From Trichosphaerium sp. ATCC 40318 (taxonomy: Eukaryota > Protista > Tubulinea), in assembly GCA_038496445.1 (NCBI GenBank), contig JALMLS010000552.1, forward strand, positions 102,996 through 166,995: a DNA stretch of 64,000 bases, given 5' to 3'. A program made the position numbers and the translations under genes. Positions 47,859 to 61,135 of this stretch are shown in pieces. Each line of letters starts with the position of its first letter. Positions within the stretch are counted from its first letter, which is position 1. The notes under the pieces were generated by a model that did not search any database, was not told the DNA's origin, and saw only the letters and a program-made list of their open reading frames with translations.

Positions 47859-49086
47859 CTATTGATAGCGAATGACATTTTGATCATCAAAATCAACATT
47901 TATGTCTTTGCTATTATGCGTTTGTGTTTTAAGTGTTTCTGTTGGTTTCTGTTGAGCACTACCATTACTATTAGTTGTTTTTAACAGCCTTTGATAGTCC
48001 TTAGTGAAACTGAAACGACTGAGAAAAGTTCCATGTCCACGTGTTAAACTTTTATGTTCTTCAGTTGGCAGTGGTATTCGTCTAAAATCATCATAGTTTG
48101 TTCTTGCTTTCTCTGATAATTTATCAGCTACTTTGGTACTTGACTGGTCTTCAAGAATATATGTTACGTCCCTTCTTGGGTTATACACTTTGGCATGTTC
48201 ATTTTTTGGGTAAGGCCGTCCAGGAATGTATAATGGTGCATTTCCTGGAGGTACTAGTTTTTGAGAATGTTTTTTTTTAGGTCTTTTTACAGAACGTTGA
48301 GCTATTTGAGTTGGTGGATTTTGTCGTTTTCTTTGTGGTACTTGAAAAGAGTGATTATTTAACGTATTTTGCGTAGTGATTTGATACTGTTGTTGCTGCG
48401 TTTGTGGGTGTTGTGAAGGTATAACATTTTGTTGTTCATATTTTCGATACTTTGCTTTTAGAGTAGCTAAAGAAGCATGTAGTTGCTTAATGATTCTCTA
48501 GGCTATAGTTAAGACTATAAAGCTCAATATAATGCTTGTTTTTTTTGTATCGACTCACCTTGTGTTGTGCAAGTTGGTCGTCTCGAATTAATAAAGTATG
48601 TCGTAACGATTTCTCCACTTTCTCAAGTTCTGTAGCTTTCTCCCTCCAGGACTGTAACAAAGTTGACGTAAGGGCTAAGTCCTCTCTCAATGAGTTTTTC
48701 TTTCTATGCTCACTCATCTCTCTAATCTTTTTTGCCTCTTAGAATATCAAGTTGGTCGAGAATAAAAAAAATCACGTGATAAAAAAAAAAGTGCCAAACA
48801 AAACTTCTTACCTGCTGAAATGATTGCGTTGTACAAGCTTTGGCTTATTTCTACCTCTTTATTTGTTTCAGGATCCTTTATTAATATTACATCAGAACAC
48901 GCGCCAAATAACTAATACGTCACATGAGATAACGAATTGTAAGTCTACTAAGGCTATTTTATAGCGCAAGTAAATAAATAATAAAAAAAAGCCTTATTGA
49001 GCGTTTTAGATTCTTTGGTAAACCGCCTTATAATGGAAAACAAAGCGAGATATGCCTATCTTTAAGGCTTTGGGTAAACGTACCAT
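47859..49086 (-). CDS. Coiled-coil / low-complexity hypothetical protein (4 exons; 1-nt A-run deletion near 48275)
   Basis: M|DPETNKEVEISQSLYNAIISA|EAKKIREMSEHRKK...QLAQHK|QLHASLATLKAKY... joins ORF 47859-48188 if one A is restored. Confidence 0.55.
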
Positions 49087-49744
49087 GTTTCCAGAGGTTT
49101 ATTGCCTGAAAGCGCCCACGTGGTTTTGTAAAATTATTAGGAAGTTCGTGTAGTGCTACAAAGGTAGCAAATCCTGAAAATACCTGGCTACTTAAGTCTG
49201 ATAGCGCTTGACGTCATTTCGAAATTCATTGAATGTTGCAGTTTTTAGTCATTGTATAAAACAACATTGGCTTGTCTTCTATAAGCATAAAGAAGGATAA
49301 ACGAATAGATTCGAGGTAATGACGATTCACAATAACTACAACTAGGCAAGGCGTTTTGTGTACCCTTATCTTTTAGTCTTACAACATAGTACTTACGCCG
49401 CTATAGCGCTTGATGTTTGATATGTACTGATACTTAGGGTAAATGACGCTAGCCGTCGAAAAATATCCTCACAATTTCTATTCACTTCATTACATGCGCT
49501 AATACATCTATGGGATACTGCTCCTCCAAAATATAATATTTTAGAACAAAATACGTTTAATAACGATTTTTCACAATTTACTCCAAAAAATCACTTGAGG
49601 TCATGTGACGAGCAATTTTTACCAATACCTTAAAGTGACATCAACCCACCTTTGCAACGTTTAGATGACTGATAAACTTGAAAGAATGTACAAGAGAAGG
49701 AGCGAAAAGAAAACGTTCACTTTGAAAAAAACCTTTATTGAATC

Positions 49745-50017
49745 TTGATGCATTCCAACACAACACTCTCCTTGCACTTTACCATCAATGTACCGACACT
49801 TAGTCTCCAATTAAATTTGTATAAGTCATTAACCGAACGATTTCCACCAGAAGTTAGTTCACATATTCTGGAGTACACAGATTATGATGGTAGTTATTCT
49901 GCTGCCCAATCTTATCGGCTAATGGCCTACATCCACAATGTTGTTGGATATGACACGGTTGTTCTCAAAGATGTTCAAGATATTTTAAACAATCCTAATC
50001 AATTTCGCGAAAAGTAG
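49745..50017 (+). pseudogene. Truncated F-box gene
   Basis: LTERFPPEVSSHILEY...AAQSYRLMAYI F-box-like motif followed by an early stop, with no substrate-binding domain. Confidence 0.45.
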
Positions 50018-50529
50018 TGCAAACCCAAGAAAAACACTATATTCAATGTGGTTTGGTCGCGTAATATAAGAGCAACTGAGAGCTGCAGAATAGCTACAAC
50101 AGACTGTTAATAAAAAGACAAAATACAAGCACAACTGGTTTACCATCAGCTATTACTTGCGTTGCGCTCATGGCACGTGACAAACAACATTCCAAAACAA
50201 AAATGAGGTTTTCTCCACCTCTTACACAACCATTATTCCTACCGTATACTGACTGTTTTTGCCATATTTAACCATCAACGAGAATATAGAAAAGGGAGTT
50301 CTGTCAAACACGCTAAATAATTCAGCAAACTGTCGTATTTATAGTTGGACACAAACACAATACTATTTACGTGAATGTTTTTATTTTTACCGCACTGCAG
50401 ATCAACATTGCATAGTTCAATTTATAATATTTAACAAGAAGCATACTAAAGCGATTACAATATAAAGAGAAGTTTTTGTGCTACAAAGATCAACCTTACC
50501 CATCAAAATAAGTAAATTGTCACAAGTGT

Positions 50530-51857
50530 TCAAAAAAAAAAGTAAGTAAATTCACACTCTGGATTAGCATCTTTTAGTAGTTTTTGCCCTTTCAGTGTTA
50601 CTTGAGTACCATCAATCTCTATACGGTGAACTCCTGCAAGATGTTTGATACCTTCATCTGTAATCCCAGTGTCTGTAAGATCAATGCAATGAACTCCTGC
50701 AAGATGTTTGATGCCGTCGTCTGTTATCTGACTACACTTGCATAGGCTAATGGTGTGAACACCTGAGAGCGCTTTAAGGCCTTCATCTGTCACTGAAGTG
50801 TGAGAAAGAGTGATTTCATGAACACCTGAAAGCGCTTTTACACCTTCATCTGTCACTGCAGTGTGAGAAAGAGTGATTTCATGAACACCTGAAAGCGCTT
50901 TTACACCTTCATCTGTCACATGACTACATCGAAGATATATGGTGTGAACTCCAGCAAGATACTTGATGCCTTTGTCTGTGATACGCTTACAAAACTCAAG
51001 ACTTATCTTGTGAACACCTGAGAGGTGTTTTAGGCATTCATCTGTTACACTTAGATAATTCATGTATACAGTATGAACACCTGCGAGATGCTTGATGCCT
51101 TTGTTTGTAACTTTTGTTCTACTAATGGATATAGAGTGAACACATTTGAGATGTTCAAGTGCTTTGTCTGTAATTCTACTACCATCAAGGGTGATAGTAT
51201 GAACACTAGAGAGATATTTGATTGCTTTATCTGTAACTGCGGTGCCCAGTAAGCTAATACGATGAACACCAGCAAGTGATTTAACTCCCTCATCTGTTAT
51301 ACTTTTACAACAACTGAGCTTGATTGAATAGACACCAGAAAGCACTCTAAGGCCTTCATCTGTAACTTTTGTGTGACTAAGATCAATAGTATGAACTCCT
51401 CTCAATGCTGTTATGCCATCATCTGTTATATCCTTGCAATGATACAAGCTAATTTTGTGAACACCTTTGAGAGCCTTAATCGCTTCATCTGTCACAGAAG
51501 TAGTTGCAAGATCAATGGAATAAACGCCTGCTAATGCTTTAACTATATTGTCGCTTACTGAGAAGGAATAGTGTGAAAACTCAATAGTTGTGAAAGGAAG
51601 AACTTGAGCATGTTTTGCGAGATGTTTAACCTGAGAAACGTCATGTATTAATATTTGTTGATAATAATGGCCGATATAATCATTGATAATAGAACTGAAG
51701 AGTCTACATGTAAAGGATGCCTCAAACCGTGATTTGGTTGTTTGTTGTAGAATCATTGCTAGAACCTCAACTGGTAAGTCCAATACGCATGTAGGACTAT
51801 GTTGAGTTATAACGTGGGTGTTTTGAGGTATTTGTACCTTTTATTGCGTTCGTTCAT
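50530..51857 (-). CDS. F-box/LRR protein (about 15 short LRRs)
   Basis: A tiny first exon MNERNKS splices to PTCVLDLPVEVLAMIL (F-box), then VTDEGxKxLxGVHxIxL repeats. Confidence 0.9.
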
Positions 51858-52000
51858 TTTTTTTTTATCCATTATTGTCACTGTGAGGTCCTATCGTAAA
51901 ATGTAAAGCACACTGACGCCCTTTGTCTTTACTATGTTCTACGATTTTTCGCACGTGCACATTTTGTGATAAGGAGACAATTATTTTTGTCTTGCTTACA

Positions 52001-52987
52001 ATGAGTACAACTATTGAACTTGTAACTAACGGTAACTCTTTTATTACTGCCTTACTACGCGACCGTATGTAGTACCGAGTCTTATTTGTTTTAGGGGATG
52101 AGAAACCGAGCGATGATAAAGCGAGCAATGATAAAGCGAGTGAGGATATCGTAGAAATAGTAGAGATGGATGAAAGCGAGATTGAAATGCGTTCAGGTAT
52201 ACTTAAAGCGTTTGAGTCATACCAAACACTAACCGTGGTTTTATAGATATTGGTGATGATGTTGACGCACTTGGTACTCCTCAAAGGCGCGTTTATGGAT
52301 TTATACTCATATTGGTTATTCGAGTGATATGGACATGTATTATTCCTTCCTTTATTGTTGTACGTTTATTTAAATGCGTATTTGCCACCCCTTTTTTCGT
52401 TTTGGCAAACAAACACGTGCTTTTTTTTTCCCAAACGGTTTTTTTGGACGACTTGCGCTTTTTTCGAATCAAATCTCTATTATACGACTATTAACGTTTT
52501 TTTTCCCGTTCAAGGCTATATTACTCTCTGATTGGCGTCAGGAAAATAAATCTGCGAGTAATTCCAGCGAGGATGGATTTGTTGCAACGGTGAGTGAGCT
52601 TGTACGAAATGTTGTTTTCGATTTAGTTATTTTTTTCGTAAATAGGTTATTGGTTTTATTGTATTCGTATTCGTATTCAGTGCTTCTCAAATAATCATTA
52701 CAATCCTTGGACTCATTCAAAAGAAACGCTTCGATGTGTTCTCTGGTATTCTACAATCACTATACATTGCGCAATTCTTCATCTTTGTAGTACTATTCTT
52801 TATACTCGTAGTACTTTCTGTGTATTATGATGAGAGGGCTATGTTTGTGATGATGTGCATTGTCTATACTCTTCACTTTTTCTCAAGTGTATTCGAGTAT
52901 ACGTTTATTGTGGTATTACAAAACTATGGAAGAGAAGGCTGTTTTTGTTGTTGTGGAAAGACTTGTTGTAAAAAATGTTGTTGCTGA
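52001..52987 (+). CDS. About 4-TM membrane protein with acidic N-terminus and Cys-rich C-tail (copy A)
   Basis: Five exons, several hydrophobic helices, ending GCFCCCGKTCCKKCCC*. Inverted paralog at 60186-61135. Confidence 0.7.
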
Positions 52988-53698
52988 ACGTGAATGACAA
53001 ATAATAAACATCCCTTTATACACATCACGTGACAATCGAGTCATTTCAAAGTTGAAGATAACCATGTAGCCATCACTTTTTCTAAAGGAATACTGATATT
53101 GTAGCATTAGCTGAAAGTAAACAAGAGCAGTAGCTTCACGTGATATAGAAATTTCCTAAATGGTAAATGCTTGCAAGTCCCATAGATTCCACAGACCGTG
53201 AAAGGGTCTTTTCCCAAGTAGAGGCTAGAAAGGCAAGATTAAATCTTTTGGGACGTAACAGGCTGAATCCGCCAGATGCGGTTATAGAGGCTTGAAGGCT
53301 TGCGGCAAGTTGCTTGAATAGGAAAAAACAAAGTTGCAGCGTCTTTTTCTATAGCAGCTATTTGCCACTGGCTAGCAAGTATAAACCGGAATTGGTATTC
53401 AAATAGCGAGGAGTACTTATTTGCAAAGTTGAAAGTGGGTACAAGCACAAAGGCTGTTCAAGAGCCATAGTTGATGAAGACGTGAGTTGGTTTAGCTCGG
53501 AAATATTCTTTTTAGTCAATCAGCACAGCTGATCCACTATTGGCTGCTTTCAATAGGTTATGACTTCCTTGGTTTTCGCTGCTACTTGTTTTGAAGACAA
53601 TATATTATACGATCGTATATATTAATTTTTATTATGTTTTAATGTTATTACTAGGCTATCTATTTGCTGTCAGAGACTTCTTTTTTGTTTTATTGTCG

Positions 53699-55102
53699 CT
53701 AAAATGTATGTCTAATATTCAATGCTTCGAGAGCTTTTGCTGTAATTTTAGTACCCTTAAAACCAATGGACCATAAAGAAGTAAGCCCTTCAAGACATTT
53801 ATCTGTTATATTAACACATTCCTTTAAATCCAAGTAACACGCATTAACAAGACACTTAACACTTTCATCTGTTATGTTTGTTAAGCCACCAAGCCAAAGA
53901 CGTTTCACTTTGTATAAACACTTAATACCTTTATCAGTAACTCTCTTACAATTTGTCATATAAATAGCATTGCAACCACTTAAGTACTTAATACCTTCAT
54001 CAGTAATTAGATCACAACCACAGATATCAATGCTTGAGGTATCTGATAAGTACTCAAGCCAATCATCTTGAACAGGAACATCTTGAAGATCAATAGTATG
54101 AACTCCTGATAGTGACTTTATGCCTTCCTTTGTTATTTTATCACATCCTTTTAGGTTTATAGAATATACTCCTGAAAGAGATGAAAGAGCTTCATCTGTG
54201 ACATCACAGTAACATATCTTAATCGTATGAACTCCAGAAAGCTCTCTTATGCCTTTGCTTGTAATTTTTTTGCAGTTCCCTAAATCAATCTTTTTAACAC
54301 CTGAAAGCGCTTTAAGAGACTTATCAGTTATAATCGTATGACTCAGATTGATTGTTTTTATATTGTTCCCTTCACTTGTTAATCCAAGTATACCTTCATC
54401 TGTAATACTAGTCCTAGATAGCTTCAACTCAACGACATTTTTAAGAGCGCTGATGCCATTGTTTGATATGATTTTACATCCATTCAAACTCAAGGAGTAT
54501 ACTTTGCTGTATGACTTTAACGCATTATCTGATATACCAGAGTAGCTAATATCTATCGTGTGTGCTCCTGAAAGAGCCATAAAACCTCTATCAGTGACTC
54601 TTCTGCATGAATATAAATCAATATTGTGAACTCCTTCAAGTGATTTTATTCCTTCATCCGTAACTTGATGACACTGCCATAGAGTAAGCGTATGTACTCC
54701 TGATATATGCTTAAGGCCCTCATCAGTTAGTTGAGGATGTCTTTGAAGGCGTAAAGAGCGAACACCAGCAAGATAAGATAAATCATCATTGGTTAAGTTT
54801 TTGAAGTCGCCTAAGGCAATCATTGTATTTTTGATAAGCGGGCTTCCTTGTAGGAGCTCACATTCGGCTGATGACGTGACTTTAATCCTACCAAAGCCCA
54901 AGTGGTGGCGTATAATATCAGAGAACGCCCAACACACCTCTGAAGGCTTAAATCTTAACCCACAAGGCACCAAGCGCAGTATTTCTGTTATTATCTCTAA
55001 AGGAAGGTCTAGAAGCCTTGTATTGCTGTATTTAAAGAGAAATATTAGTTTTTAAGTTCAATTAACGGCGCTTCATGCTTACGTGTTATTTGAATCTGCC
55101 AT
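53699..55102 (-). CDS. F-box/LRR protein
   Basis: A tiny first exon MADSNNT splices to NTRLLDLPLEIITEIL (F-box), then about 16 LRRs. Confidence 0.9.
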
Positions 55103-56021
55103 ACTTCAGTTCTTTGATGTAGACTCCACGTGGCAATTTTGTGTCTGCCACATGTTGACTTTTTTTGATTCTGTGAAGTGCGAACACAACGTCAGACAAC
55201 CTGTCAATCAAAACCTAACGGTTTGTTTAAAACAAAGGAATTTCTCAGATTTTTACCCGATTATCAGATAAAAACAACACCAAATCACCATTTTAGCTGT
55301 ACGTTTTTGTTCATCGCTGTACAGAATAATAGAGCTCGTTTTATATACAACTGTATGGCTATATGCTAACACCATCACACAAAATATTAGGCATGGAACG
55401 GTTTAGGTAATGAGTAACGATGAGCTAAAAAAAGGATTAAAATTCACCTTGTTTTATCGAGAATCTGGGTCAAAATACACAAGGCTTGCTTGAAGCAAGA
55501 ATACCTTGCACGAGGATATTTACAGTTATTATGGTACACACCTCAAAGACATAACTTTGTCTCATATAAAGGTCTTGTGGTGCATGCGAGAAACAAAATT
55601 ACTCCTAAAGGAAATATGAAAAAATGTTCTGTAATCCTTTACACCAGTGTTTACTATGAAATATTTTAGTGCTAAAGCAGTTCTTGCACAATTTTGAATA
55701 CCTGTTCTAACAAATGCGACGCTAGGTCACCATGTTTGATACCAGCATGGTATCAATAAAATAGACTTCTTGGGTTGCCTAACAGGCACCAGGAGCTATT
55801 ACCGCACGTGTAAATAAAGCAATCATATGCGATTATCATTGAATAGAATAAACGCGCAGCTAAACGGTTAACATAATGTAATCTAGCCTCTGCCATACCA
55901 TGTATTATTTAGTGAAAGATTAATTTTCGATAGGCAATCAAAACAGGCAATTTTCTTGATTTCGAAAAGTCGCTTTTTGACTTAACTTGAATATGGGTAT
56001 TTAAGAAACAATTTTACGACA

Positions 56022-57342
56022 ATGGCTCTACCACTACAGCTTCGATTGGTTGTTTTTTTGTGGTTCATTGTGGCTATCCGGTCCTTGACTTGGTCACAAA
56101 CTGCTTCTGTTTGCGCTGGAACACCCAAGTATGTCGTAATATTGCCACGTGATTCTTTATTTAATAATTAGAACTAGTTTTGTATTTAAATAGTATTTTG
56201 TTTAGATCTAATTATCTCGTTTTTTAGAAACTCTCGACTGATAGAGGTATTGGACAGTACCACTCTCAGTTTTTTACGCCAAGTAAACGCAGGCGACAGC
56301 TATTGGCTTGGCGCAAGGCTATATACAGATCCTCACAAGTATGAAGGCACTTGTTCATTGTGCGATCTCAATAACAAGGAGTGCGACCGCTGTTATGAGG
56401 CGTTGTCTTTTTACTTTTGGGTTTCAAGTAATGTTTCGATGACTCAGACAGATCTCTTTATTACCACTGCCAAGAATGATACACGAACATACTTGAATTT
56501 GTTGTTTTCTCATATGCAACCAACCTTCACAACCACAAACAATGAATCTGAAGGGTGTTTGGAGATGAGAATTAACGGTACTTTTTCTGAAAATCGATAA
56601 AACTAGTCAATCTAACTACGCTTTTTGCACCCAGGCATTAATGATTTACCATGCAACAGGTCTATGCCGTATTTTCAATGTGAGTCTGATTTCTTGGTAC
56701 CTAAATTGATAACAGAACATACAAATATTATCAATCAAACGCTCAGTTTTCTAGGTACTATTTGTTTCATGGTTTTTTTAACAGTTTTATGCTCAGGAAA
56801 TGTCACCTTCAGTGATAGCGTCATTACTGTGAATGGCAAATCACAAATAGCTACTTACGGGTGCTTGAGTTTTATTGGGAATGTTACCATACAAGTAGAG
56901 GCCACTGCGGTTGTATGACTGTTTATTTTCTTGAACTGTTTTGAAACACTTTTGTTTTTAATCTTTCTTTAGCAGGCTAAAAAATCAATTCCTCTGTTTA
57001 AACATGCTAAAGAATGTGAGATATCAATTGCAAATATAACCGTTTCAGTTGATGCGTGTCTAATACAAGGTAATACAGACAAACACTCTAAAAAAACTTG
57101 TATTTTAACTCATAATCACAGATGATGACAGCACTCTTAGTATCTTCTTTGGGTCTTCATGTGCCCAATCAAATATACGTAGCGGTTCATCAGTTCATAT
57201 TGTTGTTATAGTTGTTGTTGTTTGTGTTGCAGCATTGGGAGCCATTTTGTTAGCTCTCATTTTTCTGGTACCTAGCTTCTGCAATGATGTGTTTCCATGC
57301 AAACGCCAAAAAGCAAATGTGCATGCAACTGTGCCTTCTTAG
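56022..57342 (+). CDS. C-type lectin-domain type I membrane protein (copy A)
   Basis: Signal peptide, TWSQTASVC...RLIEV...YWLG...GCLEMRING|INDLPCNRSMPYFQCE (CTLD pattern), stalk, TM helix and short tail. Confidence 0.75.
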
Positions 57343-58582
57343 TAAATAGAATATGTTAATAAACAAATTGATAGTCTACTTAAAGTACGTTGTTTGGCAG
57401 AATTTGTGTATACCGAAAATTAAATAAAATGAATCAAGGTAGCTAGCACAATTTGTCATAAGAGTTCTAACACTATCAGTTGACTTTCTTCTATCAACTA
57501 ATCAATGAACACTAACTATAGACAATGTTGGGAGGAAGACAAAATGTCTTGTGGCTCAAGCGCAGCGCCAAGCATTTGTTATATTATACCCCTTGAATGA
57601 CCGAGACCAACAGTTTCAAGAATTCCCTCTCCTGTAACACATTCTCCTTTCCTAAATAAAATTCATGTCAATTCCTTAAAACCCGCCACCACTGCTGCAC
57701 TCTCCGTGCTTTTGGGGTAAAGCACTCTGGCGGAACGTCTGAGGTTTTGTACCTTTACAGGCCAAACCAGTGTTGTTGTGTCAAGAGGTCCAGCTACCAA
57801 GGACGTAAGCGTTTTCACCGCTTGAACACTCACGTGTGGAACCTAGGTTGTTAATAGTGGCCTGGTTAATGTCAATGGACTCTAGTAGTTCTGACAGTCA
57901 GTATTTATACCTTCGACTAGTGGCTAGTGTTGCTAGCGATGAAAAAACTTAACAAATGATGTTTTTTTGTGAACAGTGCACGTTTTTATCTCCCTGAGAA
58001 TGTTTAAATGCTTCGTTTATAGCCTGCTTTCGCACATCCTATTGTCTCCCATCTCTTTCAGTTTATTAGCTATCTGTTCCGCATTCCCGAGTTCCGGAAA
58101 TTAGTGCATAATGAGTACCGATGAACTAAAATGGGATTATTGTTCACCTGTTTTATCGAGCATCAGGGTCAAACCACAATGTAAGGAACGGCGTTGATCG
58201 TAAGTTAAAATCTGTTTATTAAGTACAAGTTCAAGGTTAAGTCAAGTGATACATCGAGTAATACATCTGGAGTGTTACAAAACTTGCTTGAAGCAATTAA
58301 AAATACTGAAAATAGACTTGTTGGCACCGATAGTTATTATCGCACGTGCAAACAAAGCCTCATCTGCGATTACAATTTAATAGAATAAATCCACAGCTAA
58401 ACAGTTACTATTATGTAATTTAGTCTATGAACTGTGCGGTTCTGCTATGCACGTATTGTTTTATGAATGTTTGTTTGATTTTAATTTTTGCGGGCAATTA
58501 CAAATAGGCAATTTTCTTGCGAAAAGTCGGCCGCCTTTTTGACTTTACGTGAATGTGGGTAATTAACGGCCCTTAAAGAACT

Positions 58583-59900
58583 ATGCATCTACCACTACAG
58601 GTTCGCCTGGTTGTTTTTTTGTGGTTCGTCGTGACTATTCGTTGCTTGACTTGGTCACAAACTGCTTCTATTTGCGCTGGAACACCCAAGTACGTCCGTA
58701 TTATATTCACACGTGATTGTTTAACTAGTTCTAAAATTAAATAATTTATTTTAGCTCTAATTATCTCGTTTTTTTTAGAAACTCTCGACTGATAGAGGTA
58801 TTGGACAGTACCACTCTCAGTTTTTTACCCAAAGTAAACACAGGCGATAGCTATTGGCTTGGCGCAAGGCTATATGCAGATCCTCACAAGTATGAAGACA
58901 CTTGTTCATTGTGCGATCTCAATAACAAGGAGTGCGAGCGCTGTTATGAGGCGTTATCTTTTTACTATTGGGTTTCAAGTAATGTTTCGATGACTCAGAC
59001 AGATCTCTTTATTACCACTGCCAAGAATGATACACGAACATACTTGAATTTGTTGTTTTCTCGTATGCAACCAACCTTCACAACCACAAACAATGAATCT
59101 GAAGGGTGTTTGGAGATGAGAATTAACGGTACTTTTTCTGAAAATCGACGAAATTAGTCATGACTAATTTCGGTTTTTGCGCCCAGGAATTAATGATAAA
59201 TCGTGCCTTGAATCTATTGATGATTATCATTGTGAATCTGATATATTGGAACCTAAATTGATAACAGAACATACAAACATTATCGATCAAACTCTCAGTT
59301 TTCTAGGTATTGTTATTCAAGACCAACTTAACCGGTTTTTTTTCTGACATTCTTTCGTTTTAGGAAATGTCAGCTTTGCGGATAGTGTCATTACCGTCAA
59401 TAGTAAATCACAAATAGTTACTCACGGATGCTTGAGTTTTATTGGGAATGTCACCATAGATGTAGAGGCCACTGCGGTTGTAAGAATGTTTATTTTCTTG
59501 AACTGTTTGAAACACTTTTGTTTTTAATCTTTCTTTAGCAGGCTAAAGAATCAATTTCTCTGTTTAAACATGCTAAAGGATGTGAGGTATCAACTACAAA
59601 CGTAACCGTTTCAGTTGATGCATGTCTAATACAAGGTAATACAGATAAACACTTTAAAACAACATTGTATTTTAACTCATATTCATAGATGATGACAGCA
59701 CTCTTAGTATCTTCTTTGGGTCTTCATGTACCATACGTAGCGATTCATCAGTTCATATTGTTGTTATGGTAGTTGTTGTTTGCGTTGCATTGGTGGGAGC
59801 TATTTTGCTGGCTCTCTTTTTCCTGGTACCTAGCTTCCGCAATCTTGTGTTTCCATGCAAACGCCCAAAAACAAATGTGCATGCAACTGTATCTTCTTAG
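58583..59900 (+). CDS. C-type lectin-domain type I membrane protein (copy B, tandem duplicate)
   Basis: Same exon structure as copy A with a near-identical exon 2. Upstream DNA is also partly duplicated. Confidence 0.75.
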
Positions 59901-60185
59901 TAAATAAAATAGCGTAATAAAAAAATTGATAGTATACTAAAAGTGCGTTGTTTGATAGACGCTTCCGTAAATTAAATATACAAAAAATGAAAGCGAAAAT
60001 ACAAAATCAGTATTCAAAATAAGCTTCAAAGTACTTGCCATGCACAATATATGAAGGCAGTTGCTGCTCCGTATTACTGCCAGAGATACTATATTCGAAC
60101 CCTCTTAGAGAGCGGTAGCTGCACGATTGTCTTCAAAAGTAGACTAGTGGCTTATGTGGAGAACACAAAGAATGTTTATTCACCT

Positions 60186-61135
60186 TTAGCAACAGCATTT
60201 TTTACAACAAGTCTTTCCACAGCAACAAAAACAGCCTTCTCTTCCGTAGTTTTGTAATATCACAATAAACGCATACTCGAATATATTTGAGAAAGAGTGG
60301 AGAGTATAGACAATGCACATCATCACGAACAAAGCCCTCTCATCCTCAAACACAGAAAGATGAGTGAATATTAAGAATAGAGGTAAAACGAGTAAGAATT
60401 GTAGTATGTATAGTGATTGTAGCACGCCGCAGAATATATCAAAGCGTTTCTTTTGAATGAGTCCAAGGATTGTAACTATTATTTGAGAAGCACTGAATGC
60501 GAACACGAATACAATAAAACCAATAACCTATTTACGAAAAAAATAACTAACTAAATCGAAAACAACATTTCGAACAGGCTCACTCACCGTTGCAATAAAT
60601 CCACCCTCACTGGAATTATTTTTTGATTCCTGACGCCAATCAGAGAGTAATATAGCCTTAAACAATTTAATAGTCGTACAATAGAGATTTAACTCCAAAA
60701 AACAATCTTTTGGGAAAAAAAGCACGTGTTTGTTTGGCAAACGAAAGGGCTGGTAGATACGTTTAAAGTACAAACGTACAACAATAAAAGAAGGAATAAT
60801 ACATGTCCATATCACTCGAACAACCAATACGAGTATAAATCCATATAATCGCCTTTGAGGAGTACCAAGTGCGTCAACATCATCACCAATATCTATAAAA
60901 CCACGGTTAGTGTTTGGTATGACTCAAACGCTTAAGGATACCTGAACGCATTTCAATCTCGCTTTCATCCATCTCTACTATTTCTACGATATCCTCACTC
61001 GCTTTATCATTGCTCGCTTTATCATCGCTCGGTTTCTCATCCCCTAGAACAAATAAGACTCGGTACTACATACGGTTGCGTAGTAAGGCAGTAATAAAAG
61101 TTACCGTTGGTTACAATTTCAATAGTTGTACTCAT
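60186..61135 (-). CDS. About 4-TM membrane protein with Cys-rich tail (copy B, inverted duplicate)
   Basis: Reverse complement is colinear with 52001-52987, including introns. Confidence 0.7.

Noticed and set aside
53200-53590. Possible Penelope-like RT fragment (LLKAANSGSAVLID*KEY, minus strand)
   Set aside because: Weak single-motif resemblance with stops and no RT core motifs; would need an HMM search.
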